Shown: one piece after another, positions 27,718-37,971 of the stretch
How positions within the stretch are numbered: the first letter of the stretch is position 1
Layout: each line of letters opens with the position of its first letter
NCBI GenBank assembly: GCA_963793635.1
Contig: CAWCAX010000001.1
Coordinates: forward strand, 212,699-276,698
Reading direction: 5' to 3'
Source: an uncultured Planctomycetaceae bacterium
GTDB taxonomy: Bacteria; Planctomycetota; Planctomycetia; Pirellulales; PALSA-1355
Length of the DNA stretch: 64,000 nucleotides
Notes under the pieces: model-generated
Database searches by the model: none
The model's input: only the letters and a program-made list of their open reading frames with translations
Told to the model about the DNA's origin: nothing
Translations under genes and position numbers: made by a program

Positions 27718-28107
27718 ATGGCTAAATGCGAGGAAGGCTACCTGTGCGATGTGTGCGCCGGTGATGTCGAGGAGCTCACCGACAGCGATCTCTATTTGCG
27801 CTACGTGATCGGCCAGCTCGATCCCGAGACGCTGCACACCACCCACGAACGCCACATCCGCTGCAATCCGGTGCTCGCGCAGTTCATTGTCGACGACGAT
27901 TTCCCGCCGCTCTCGGTCGAGGGCGCCTTCGACAAACGATTGCTCGATCCCGACTACGTTCGCCAGCGCGAGTCGCTCGTCACGCGTGGCTATCGGCGGC
28001 TCAAAGAGCTCAAGCACCTCGACCTGCCGATCATCGACTATCCGCTGCCTGAAGTGCGATCCGAGATCGATGCCGGGCCCGCGGATTTTAGCCGGATTCG
28101 TTTTTGA
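27718..28107 (+). CDS. hypothetical Cys-containing protein
   Basis: The 'MAKCEEGYLCDVCAGDV...' start at 27718 lies inside ORF 27667..28107. No domain recognised. Confidence 0.5.
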   Translation: MAKCEEGYLCDVCAGDVEELTDSDLYLRYVIGQLDPETLHTTHERHIRCNPVLAQFIVDDDFPPLSVEGAFDKRLLDPDYVRQRESLVTRGYRRLKELKHLDLPIIDYPLPEVRSEIDAGPADFSRIRF

Positions 28108-28211
28108 GATCAGAATCGGTGGAGCTTGTAATCCGGAATCGGTGGACAAACCCACCGGGACGCAGCCGGCCGCTTGCCCTGGGCATGACCAGCCCGCTGC
28201 CCGAAACCTTG

Positions 28212-30636
28212 CTATTCTTCCCCGCGCGTGTCGCTGCGCGGCGGCTCAACCCAATCGACGCCGGCTTCCCGCTCCACGGTAGTGATCCAGGTGAGTTCCA
28301 GATTCTGATGGTCTTCGCCCGCCGCGCGGGCATATTTCTGGAAGGGCTCCATGATGAACTCATGCTCGAGCGTGCCGCGGTCCGGCATGAACTTTTCGAG
28401 CTGCACCACGTAGGCCACGGTCTGCGGCTGATTCAAAGCCACTTTGACCTCGCCCGGCGACGCGCCAAAGACGGCATTCATGAATTCCTGGCCGGCGGCT
28501 TCCACCCCATGCACCGGGCTCAGTCGCGGCTCGCTCGACTCGGGGTCGAACGGCGTATTGCCCATGGTCAAATGTGTGAACGGACCAGTGTCGGTGACTT
28601 CCAGCCCCTCGCGGCCCTGGAACACCTCGGCGAGCGGCTTCTGAGCAGCGCGGGCGTCTTTGGCGTAGGCTTCGGCCTGCTGCAAGGCCAACTCGCGCGA
28701 CTTTTTCATTTTATAGGCGTGCAGGACCTTATCGCGCGCACTGTCGAACGTGGGCACCGCTTCGGCGCGATCTTGGTCTCCCACCACAGATAACGATTGT
28801 TCTCGTCGTCGGTGGTGACTTCCGGGCGATATTCGTGCGGCTCGAGGTAGGCGATCTGCGCGAAGCTGATCTGGCGGAAGCCCAGACGCGGGTCGCTGAC
28901 GAAACTGGCCGACTTGCCCAGTTCGGTCTCGGCCTCGGCCTCGTAGGCCGAGATCAGGTCGGTTTCGTGCGCGGTAACGCCAAATTCGTCCGCCAAAGCG
29001 GCGAAGTCGAGCGGCGGCGGCTCTTTGGCATCGGGATCGCTCTGGCGGTTCGCCACGTAGGCGCTGCTGAGCGCTGGCGTATGCCCGCATCTTGGAGTGC
29101 AATCGATCGAAGGCTTCCTTCAGCGCTGCTTGCGCTTTTTCTCGGGCCACTTCTTTGCGAATCGTGTCCTCGACCTTTTCGAACGGTTCGAATTTGGGCT
29201 CTGCCTTCTGCTGGCCAGCCGCTTCGACGGGCGGATTGTCCTGGGCCGCGGGCGCACTGGTTGCCTCCTGCGTGTCGGGCGGCGATTTTTCGCCGGCCGA
29301 ATCGGCCGCGGCTTTTCCCGCCGCCGACTTTCCCGCCGCGGCTTTGCCCGCCACGGGTTTTTGGCTTGCGCCGGCTGGTTGCGGTCCGCTGGTCAGACGG
29401 AAGGGGCTCGCGGCCGGACCCAGTTCGAGCAGCGAAGTCTTCTTGCCCGCGGGCGTAGAAGTCTTTTTCGGCGGGGCGGGGGGGGCGGGCGGGGCCGGCT
29501 TAACAGGCGCCGGCGGCGGGCTGGCTTTGTTGCTGTCGGGCGCCGAATCGCCGGCCGGTTTACTGTCGCTGGTTTCGGACTTCGCGTCGTCGGCATCGGG
29601 GCGGGCGGAGTTGTCCGGCTGGGGCTCGTCCAGGCCGAGCGGGTCTTCCTTTTCACCGGGGGGCGTTGTGGAATCCGCGTCTTTGGCAGGCGGCAGATCG
29701 AGTTGCTTGAATTGAATCGCCTTGTTCTTCTCGTAGTATTCGTGCATTTGCTCGGGCGTGACTTCCGCGGCGGCGCGGTCGATGGCTTTTTCGACGTTGG
29801 CCTTGAAGTACTGAAAGGCGATCTTCAGCGGCTCCTTGAAGCCGGGTTCCGGCGAGAGCGGCTGCGGCAGTTGGTTCTTATAGGCCTCGAAGAATTTCTG
29901 AAGTTCCTGCTCGCTGGGGTCCGGCACGTCCTTCAGGAACTGCTCCACCTTGACGGCCATCACTTGGGCGTCGGCCTTTGAATTGAGCTGCTCGAAGTAG
30001 TTCCAGCGCTCGCCGGGGGGCGATGGCACGCGTCCCGAAGCGAAACATTTCCGTGTATTGCGATGCCAGCATCTCGCGCTGCAGTCCGTCGAACAGGTAG
30101 GTCTGCGAAATGGGAATCCGCCCATCCGGCCTCAATTCGGCGATGATGTCTCGCAATTGCGAAAAGACATCGCCGGCGATTAATTGCAGCAAATCGTTGA
30201 CGGCGCGGTCGCTGGCGACCATTCCCATCTCTTCGGCACGTTTGGCGAGTACGATGGTTTCGACCGCTGCGGCGTCGCCCGGGGGAAGCAAGCGACCCAT
30301 CAACCCTTGACGGATCGACTCGTACATGCGTTTGGCCACCATCTGCAGGCGTTCTTCCGGCATCTGCTTTCCGGCGAACTCCTTCTTGACGCGTGCGGCG
30401 ACGACGCGCTGCAAAAAATATTCCACCAGCCGCCGCTGCCGCACGACGGCGTCCAGTTCGAAGCGCCGGTAGTTGCCGTAATTGGTCTTCACGACCAGCG
30501 GGTTGACCGAAGCCTCTGGGCCGCCGAGCATCTTGAAAATAGGGTCGAGAAAGACGAAGGCGATCATCGCCGTGATTCCCGAAACGGCGAGCAAGATGCG
30601 CTGGTTGCGCCGAAAAACTGCAAACGGACTAGCCAT
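28212..30636 (-). CDS. PpiD/SurA-N-like periplasmic chaperone with Pro/Ala/Lys-rich linker, three frameshifts
   Basis: The N-terminal TM segment 'ILLAVSGITAMIAFVFL' plus a SurA-N-like region lies in ORF 29878..30636. The middle and C-terminal parts are in ORFs 28212..30125 and 28706..29056. Shifts fall near 30040, 29060 and 28770. No rotamase motif was seen. Confidence 0.55.
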
Positions 30637-31128
30637 GTAACGAATGCTCCTCGGAGACTCTCAGGCGGCGTCCCTGGCTGCTAAGACCCTTGACAGCCGG
30701 GTGGGCGCAGTAGTATTGAATTGACGGTCATGCCGGTTGCGAGGGTGCGGAATCATCCCCCGGCTCGATCGGCGTAGCGCTCATAAACCGGCGAGACGAT
30801 TTTAGCGCCACGCGACGTAAATGCAATCCCAAAAGGAGTCTGGGATCAGTCCGCGGGTGCCGACGGCATGCCGCAGGGCCTTGTTTTCGAGGCGCGATCG
30901 ACCCAGCGGACGGGTGCCGCCGCGCTCTGGGGCACGCTGCCACTTGGAACGTCTGCGATGCTTGTCCGCTTGCATCTCCCCCTGATCGCGGGGCGTGATT
31001 TGCGGGTCGGAGCGAAGGAAACGGATTTACCGCCGGGCGAGACACAACTCAGGAAAGTACCCACAAACGGCAGATTTACCATATTGGCAATCTCCACCTA
31101 GAACCCTCAGCCTCCCACAAGGCGTCGC

Positions 31129-33917
31129 ATGGCCAAAAAAGCCTCAGTTCGCAACGGCAAGTCCCTGGTGATCGTCGAATCGCCGGCCAAGGCGCGCACG
31201 ATCAGCAAGTTCCTGGGCAGCGATTTCACGGTCGAGGCCAGCATCGGCCACGTCCGCGATCTGCCGCAGGGGGCCAAGCAGATCCCCGCCGAATATCAAA
31301 GGAGAAGACTGGGCCTACCTGGGCGTCAACGTCAACAAGGACTTCGACCCGGTCTACATCATTCCGCCCGGCAAGACGGCGCAGGTTCGCAAGCTCAAGG
31401 GGCTGCTCAAAGACGCCAAAGACCTGTATCTGGCGACGGACGAAGACCGCGAAGGGGAAGCCATCAGTTGGCATCTGCAACGAGCTGCTCAAGCCGAAGG
31501 TGCCGGTCCATCGGCTGGTGTTTCACGAAATCACCAAAGAAGCGATCCACGAGGCGCTCGAGCATCCGCGCAAGATCGACGACGATCTGGTGCAAGCCCA
31601 GGAAGCGCGGCGGATCATCGACCGGCTGTACGGCTACGAAGTTTCGCCGCTGTTGTGGCGCAAGGTCCGGCCCAAGCTGTCGGCCGGCCGCGTGCAAAGC
31701 GTGGCCGTGCGGCTGATCGTCGAGCGCGAGCGGCAGCGGATGGCGTTTCGTCTCGGCCACCTATTGGGACCTGATGGGCCGTTTCGCCAAAGCCGACGAG
31801 CAACAGTTCGCGGCCGAGCTGGTCTCGGTCGACGGCACGGCGCATTCCCGCCGGCAAGGATTTCGATCCGGCCACCGGCCAGCTCAAGGATCCCGCGCTT
31901 GCTGCTGCTGGATCGAGCAGGCGGCCGCCGACCTGGCCGCGCGGCTGCAAAACGGCCGAATTTCGCGTCGCGTCGCTCGACGACAAGCCGTACACGTCCA
32001 AGCCCTATCCGCCGTTCACCACCAGCACGCTGCAGCAGGAGGCCAACCGCAAGCTGGGCTTCACCGCCCGGCGGACGATGCAGGTGGCGCCAAAGCCTGT
32101 ACGAGAACGGCCACATCACTTACATGCGTACCGACTCGACCAACCTGGCCAGCGTGGCCATCGAAGCCGCGCGCGAGCTGGTCGGCATCGCAATACGGCA
32201 CGCGAGTATCTGCCCGACCAGCCGCGGCATATACGTCACCAAGGTCAAGAACGCCCAGGAGGCGCACGAGGCCATCCGCCCGGCCGGCCATCCGTTCGCC
32301 TTTCCCGAACAGCTGCGCGGCGAGCTGAATGCCGACGAGTTCAAGCTCTACGACCTGATCTGGAAGCGGACCGTCGCCAGCCAGATGGCCGACGCCCGCG
32401 GCCGCCGGATTACGATCACGGTCGAAGGGGACGGGGCCGTGTTTCAGGCCGGCGGCAAGACGATCGATTTTCCCGGCTACTTGCGGGCCTACGTCGAAGG
32501 GAGCGACGATCCCGAGGCCGAACTGGCCGAAAACGAACGTCTGCTGCCCAGCGTCGCGGTGGGCGAATCGCTGACCTGCCGCGAGCTGGAGCCCAAGAGC
32601 CACACCACGCAGCCCCCGGCCCGCTTCAGCGAAGCCTCGCTGACCCGGGCGCTGGAAGAATTGGGCATCGGCCGGCCGAGCACCTACGCCTCGATCATCG
32701 ACACGATCCTGGCCCGCGAATACGTCTTCAAGAAGGGCGGCGCGCTGGTGCCGACCTGGGTCGCGTTCGCCGTGGCCCAGTTGCTCGAAGCGCATCTGCC
32801 GAACCTGGTCGACTATCGCTTCACGGCCCAGATGGAAGACGATCTCGACGCGATCAGCCGCGGCGAGGCCGGCCACGTCGACTATCTGCGAAAGTTTCTA
32901 TTTCGGCAACGGCACGACGGGCCTGAAGCAGCAATTGGCAGAACAAGGTCGAAGCAGATCGACGCCCGCGACGTCAGCCGCATGCTGATCGGCCAGCCCG
33001 AGGGGCAGGAGCCGATCTTCGTCCGCGTCGGCCGCTACGGACCGTTCCTGGAACAAGGCGAACGCCGGGCGAGCCTGCCCGACGAGACGCTCGCCCGACG
33101 AAATGACGCTCGAGCGCGCGCTGGAACTGCTCAGCCACGCCGAGCAGGCGGACGAGCCGCTGGGGATCTGTCCGGACACGCACAAGCCGGTATTCCTGAA
33201 GGTCGGGCCGCTTCGGTCCCTACGTGCAGCGCGGCACGCCCGAGGACGAAGAGAAGCCCAAGAACGCTTCGCTGCTCAAGGGCATGAAGCCCGAGGACGT
33301 GACGCTCGAGGTGGCGCTCAAGCTGCTGTCGCTGCCGCGCGATTTGGGCCCGCAGCCGGCACGACGGGCGAGATCGATCGTGGCCGCCAACGGCCGCTTT
33401 GGCCCGTACGTCAAGTGCGGCGAGGAAACGCGCAGCTTGCCGGCCGGCATGTCGCCGATCGACGTGACGCTGCGAGCAAGCGCTGGAGCTGCTGGCCCAG
33501 CCCAAGGCGCAGCGCCGCGGCTTCGGCGCCAAGAAGGAGCCGCTCAAGGTTTTTCCGCCGTCGCCGGTCACCAAGCAGCCGATCCAACTGCTCGAAGGCC
33601 GCTACGGCCTGTATCTGGCCGACGGCGTGACCAACGCCTCGCTTCCCAAGGGAGTTAATCCCGACGAGGTCACATTTGAGCAAGCGGAGGAGTTGCTTGC
33701 CGCTCGCGCTGCCCTCGGGCCTCCCAAGAAGAAGGCCGGCCGCGGGGCTCCCAAGCGCGCCGCGAAGCCCGCCAAGGCTCCGGCCGCGGCCAAAAAGAAG
33801 CCGGCCGCCAAAGCCGCCAAAGGCCCGGCCGCCAAAAAGCCTTCCAAGAAGAAGGCCCCGCTCAAGAAGCCCGCCAAAGTCGGCGCGGAGCAGTTGGACG
33901 CGGCCGCCCCGTTCTGA
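31129..33917 (+). CDS. topA: DNA topoisomerase I with Lys/Ala/Pro-rich C-terminal tail, reading frame broken at least a dozen times
   Basis: Conserved blocks are scattered over all three forward frames: '[18 protein letters not shown]', '[18 protein letters not shown]', '[20 protein letters not shown]', '[10 protein letters not shown]', '[11 protein letters not shown]' and '[12 protein letters not shown]', plus repeated 'GRYGPF/GRFGPYV' C-terminal modules. The tail '[33 protein letters not shown]...' ends at 33917. Confidence 0.9.
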
Positions 33918-33971
33918 AGCGACCCGTGGCATCGCGGATCCAGCGACCCGGGGTCGCCTAATAGGCCTTGA

Positions 33972-35981
33972 TCAATTGGGACGGAATTCGCGGCGCAAAA
34001 ACGGCAGCAGAATTTTCAAGGCCCCCGGCTTGGTCAAGTGATTGGCATCCCAATACAGCACCACGTCGTCGCGCACAACGTCGTAGCGCTGTGTCGCCGA
34101 ATTGAAAAACTCGGGAATGGGATCAAGGACGCGGCAGCCGATAGCGCGGACTTTCTCTAGATCGAACGGAACATCATACGGACTGGGATCATCCACCGCC
34201 GATCGACCTACCAGGCTCACATCCCGACCGAACATTTCGAACCGCGCCAAGGCCTTGGGAACATGCATCGAATGGGTGGGAACCGTCAGCAGTAACCACG
34301 GCGTAATATCGGCCTGCCGCAATTTCTGAATCAACGACAGTAGCCCGGCTTCGAAAGGGTTGATCGCCGGGTGGCGCTCGTCGAGCGGCTGGCCCCTCGA
34401 ATCCAAGCCGGGCAATTGCGTCAAATAGGCTTTCCAACTGGCAATCAAAACCGCGTGTCGGAATTGATGCTTCACGGCGTAGTCCAAAATTGCTTCATTA
34501 TACTGGGGCGATCGCTGGCTGACGCCCCAAACGGGACTGAAGAAGTACCAGTCCAGTACGGGGGGAGTGTGCTCGTGAGTCGCGAGCCGGCCCACGAGGT
34601 GCTGCTCCTTCAGAAGCTCGTCGAACGCCGCAGACGCCGACAGGGCATGACTATCGCCCCAAACTAAGACGGTGGGGGGATGGTCGGAGTCGAGGTCTCC
34701 CAGTGGCCTGAGGCGCTCGTGCAGCACATCATCCAAACCCGTGCGGAAGCTCGGCATCATGTGGTTCGCACCGTCGGCGTAGGCGACGGCCTTGGGAGAA
34801 AATCGTCCGGTAAATCCTTGGTTGAAATTGACAACCAGCCCCACTAGAACCAGGCACGCACCGCTGACAAGCGCGAACGAAAACAGGGCTCGGCGCGACG
34901 CGCAGACACGCTTTTTGCGGAATGGCGTTTCAACGATTCGCCAGGAGATCCAGGCCATCAGAAAAGAGGCCGCAATCAGGCCGAAGTTGAGTTCCCAGGA
35001 TATCTCCATCTGCGTGTTAAGCAGCTTCGCGAACGCGAACAAGGGCCAGTGCCACAAGTACAGCGAGTACGAGATCAGCCCCACGCCGACCAGCGCTTTC
35101 GAGGATAAGACTCGCGAGACAAAGCTCGTGCCTGTCGACTCCCGCCCGCGCGATAACGACCAAAGGATCGCGGCCGTTCCCAAACAAGGTGGCAACGCGG
35201 CGGCGCCCGGAAATAGGGTTTGGCGGCTGTAGAAGAAGCAAGGTGCCAAGATCGCCGCCACACCCGACAGGGCCATGAATTCTCGCAAGACGCGCCGCTC
35301 ATGCCAGCGACCCGTTGGCGTGACGGCCACCAGACTGCCGCAAACCAGCTCCCAGGCCCGCGTCGGCAACAAATAGAAAGTCGTCGAGGGACGATGAATC
35401 ATCCCATGCAGGCTCGCCGCGAAGCTGACGACGAATACCATCCACAGGCCGATCGTCACCGGGTTGATCCATCGCGTCCGGCGCAATTTGCACGCCATGA
35501 GCAGCAAGATCGGCAGCAGAAAATAAAACTGCTCTTCGACCGCCAACGACCAGGTGTGCAACAGGGGCATTTCTTCAGCCGGTCCGGCAAAATAACCGGT
35601 CGATCGCCAGAAATAGACGTTCGCCACGAAGAGTGCCTGCGCGATGACCGACCGGCCGACGGCCAAGAAATCGTCTGGCAACAACAAGAACCAACCGGCA
35701 ATTAACACGGCCACGTTCATCACGATCGCCGGCGGCAGGATCCGTCGCGCCCGGCGCTCCCAAAACTGTAAGTACGTGAAGCGATCTTGACGCACTTCGT
35801 TGATAATGATCGACGTCAGCAGGTAGCCCGAAATCACGAAGAAGACATCGACGCCGACGAAGCCACCCGGGAATGAAAAGCCCGAGTGAAACAGCACGAC
35901 CGACAGCACCGCCAACCCCCGCAGACCGTCGATGGCCGGCTCGTAACTAAGTTGACCTGAATCTGCGGCGGCCATGAGCAT
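33972..35981 (-). CDS. acyltransferase family 3 (OafA/YrhL-like) with C-terminal SGNH-like domain
   Basis: 'AIDGLRGLAVLSVVLFHSGF...GVDVFFVISGYL' and multiple TM segments are followed by 'VLVWGDSHA'. The ORF is intact. The likely start is Met 35981 or 35975; the longest ORF extends to 36161. Confidence 0.8.
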   Translation of the reverse strand: MLMAAADSGQLSYEPAIDGLRGLAVLSVVLFHSGFSFPGGFVGVDVFFVISGYLLTSIIINEVRQDRFTYLQFWERRARRILPPAIVMNVAVLIAGWFLLLPDDFLAVGRSVIAQALFVANVYFWRSTGYFAGPAEEMPLLHTWSLAVEEQFYFLLPILLLMACKLRRTRWINPVTIGLWMVFVVSFAASLHGMIHRPSTTFYLLPTRAWELVCGSLVAVTPTGRWHERRVLREFMALSGVAAILAPCFFYSRQTLFPGAAALPPCLGTAAILWSLSRGRESTGTSFVSRVLSSKALVGVGLISYSLYLWHWPLFAFAKLLNTQMEISWELNFGLIAASFLMAWISWRIVETPFRKKRVCASRRALFSFALVSGACLVLVGLVVNFNQGFTGRFSPKAVAYADGANHMMPSFRTGLDDVLHERLRPLGDLDSDHPPTVLVWGDSHALSASAAFDELLKEQHLVGRLATHEHTPPVLDWYFFSPVWGVSQRSPQYNEAILDYAVKHQFRHAVLIASWKAYLTQLPGLDSRGQPLDERHPAINPFEAGLLSLIQKLRQADITPWLLLTVPTHSMHVPKALARFEMFGRDVSLVGRSAVDDPSPYDVPFDLEKVRAIGCRVLDPIPEFFNSATQRYDVVRDDVVLYWDANHLTKPGALKILLPFLRREFRPN

Positions 35982-36369
35982 CCTCGGCGACGAGTGCACC
36001 GGGACTCCAATCCGCGGTGCGGGGGCCGGAACTGGGGGAAGGGGAATGGACCGGTCCATGTTGAAGTACAGCCCATCAGCACTGGGAACTCGACCCGCGA
36101 AAGTGGCAGCCGCAACCGTGGCCGAAACTATCGCCGCCCAATCACGCCGCCTGCTACACAAGCCCTTTCCGCTCGAGGTTCACCCAATGCGGATCGTATC
36201 GAGACCGACGTTGTTTAGGACAAATTTCATTCTAGTCACGTCGTAGACGCTTCGAGAAGCACGAAGTTAGGGCAAACGGGGCTCTCGACCGCGTGTTCCA
36301 TCTTCCAAAGCGAAATGGCCGGCGCGAGCATTGCAACCCTCAGGAGGGTCGTAAGATCCGACGCTGCCA

Positions 36370-37233
36370 TTACTTTGCGCTGCGCTTCTCCGCGACCAGA
36401 TGCGAAGCATCCACCCAGGCGATCCGGTCGAATCCGTATTGCCGTAGCAGCGATTGAATTTCGATCGGAGCCAGCGACGATCCATTCTGCTCCAAGATGG
36501 AAAAATGCACCTCGCAGAAAACGGCCCGACACTCGGGCCGCGAAAGCGCAAGCGCCATACCCTGGATGACATCGAGCTCCGCCCCCTCGACGTCGATCTT
36601 GACGACCGTCGGCCGAATGATCTCGGCCTCCAGACTGTCGCCGCGATGAATCGGGACTTGGAGCGTCGTTTGTTGCGTTGCCGTAGCGCCGCCCGGCACA
36701 ACCCGATTCACCTGCCCTGCCTAGTCGCGATCGTTCCAGAGCATCTCGCAAGTACCGTCGTACGATCCCATCGCATAATTCAGCGGTCGCACATTGCTGC
36801 AATGCTGCGTGTCGGCACAGAGCTGTGCGAACGGTCCGACGGCCGGCTCAAAAGCGAAGACCCGTCCGTCGCTTTGAACCCATTGGGAAAAAAGATTCGT
36901 ATAAACGCCGACGTTGGCTCCGATGTCCCAGGCGACATCGCCCGGTCCGACCAGGCGCTGCATTTCGTCGTGAAATCGCTGCTCGTTTCGCTCCGCTCCG
37001 AGCCCGATCGCACGGAGGAATTTCTGGAGCGGGCGGATCAGTCCCAGCCGGCGAGCCAGGGAACGAAGCTTGATCGAGATTCGCAGCATCGCTTCAGAAA
37101 TCGGGGGCAGAAGGGGTACTGGGCCAGGTGGATTCTGGATGGGGCCGTTGCCACAGCATAGCTGGACGCCCGTATATTTTAAGCGCAATTCAGGCCGACG
37201 GGCAGACAGCTTCCTTTTCATTCTCCAATACAC
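36370..37233 (-). pseudogene. FkbM-family methyltransferase interrupted by an in-frame TAG
   Basis: ORFs 36721..37233 ('DIGANVGVYT...VFAFEP') and 36370..36711 ('VKIDVEGAELDVIQG') are the N- and C-halves of one FkbM fold in the same frame. They are separated only by a TAG (plus-strand 'cta' at 36721-36723). Confidence 0.7.
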
Positions 37234-37327
37234 GTCACCGGCACGGCTACGGATCCCTTGTGGGCCCTCTTCTTTGCCACTTTGCGCCTTGCCGGTGACC
37301 CCCTTCCGACAGGATTAAAAGCTAGAA

Positions 37328-37882
37328 TTGATCATGCCAGGACTGTTTCAAACCGTCGTCGACGTCGAGCAGGCCGCTGCGGTGCTGCGCCGGCGGCGAT
37401 TCGGCATGATCGAAACGGTCAATGGCCGGCTGACCCGGATCTGCCTGCGACCGTGGCCCAAGGGGGGCTCGCTACTGGAGGCTCGGCTGTGGGGCCGGCT
37501 GCGGCACCAGCGTCAGCGCGGCGATTGCTGCCGGCTGTATTACAACCAGCCCTGGGGCTCGGCCAATTTCTTGACGCTCCGCTACATGGTCTCGACGCGC
37601 GATTGCCGGCTGGCCACGTTTCGCGGCGCGCTAACAGTCCTGGACGAGATCGCTCGGATCAAGGACTCCGACGCGATTGTCTGCCAGGCCTGCAACCCTC
37701 GCATCTCCGATCGGCTGTTGGTGCGCTGGGGCTGGGAGCCGCACACGTCGGATCGCCGGCGCCGGAACTTCATCAAGCGATTCTACGGCGTCTATCCGCA
37801 ATCGCGGTGGCCTGCAATGCCGGCGCCCGTAGTCAGCGCTGCTCGGGGCGCCAGCAATCCTTCCGCCGGCTTGCCAAATTGA
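37328..37882 (+). CDS. hypothetical protein
   Basis: 184-aa ORF, divergent from the FkbM gene. Protein-like composition, no domain recognised. Confidence 0.4.
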   Translation: MIMPGLFQTVVDVEQAAAVLRRRRFGMIETVNGRLTRICLRPWPKGGSLLEARLWGRLRHQRQRGDCCRLYYNQPWGSANFLTLRYMVSTRDCRLATFRGALTVLDEIARIKDSDAIVCQACNPRISDRLLVRWGWEPHTSDRRRRNFIKRFYGVYPQSRWPAMPAPVVSAARGASNPSAGLPN

Positions 37883-37971
37883 TTTGGCCAGATGTCGGCC
37901 TTCTGCTACAATCCATCGGCGATTATTGATGCATCCGCGGAAAGTGTTCCTGGCGGCGAAAGGCAACTCGC

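Noticed and set aside
28113-28160. Sixth copy of the TTAAGCCCACGGG palindrome between the convergent genes ending at 28107 and 28212
   Set aside because: Only partial similarity is present: 'aaacccaccggga' with a 6-bp stem 'cggtgg/ccaccg' and a local direct repeat 'gaatcggtgga' x2. It is too diverged to assign to the family with confidence.
30689-30722. TTGACA ... TAGTAT promoter-like pair upstream of topA
   Set aside because: The spacing is 15 nt, which is suboptimal, and it lies about 430 nt from the topA start in a 490-nt divergent spacer. This is not distinctive enough to report as a feature.
36721-36723. In-frame TAG in the FkbM gene as pyrrolysine or another reassigned codon
   Set aside because: TAG is used as an ordinary stop elsewhere in the window, for example at the cytosine deaminase (48664-48666) and the ABC ATPase. 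No pyl genes were seen. A pseudogene or substitution error is more likely.
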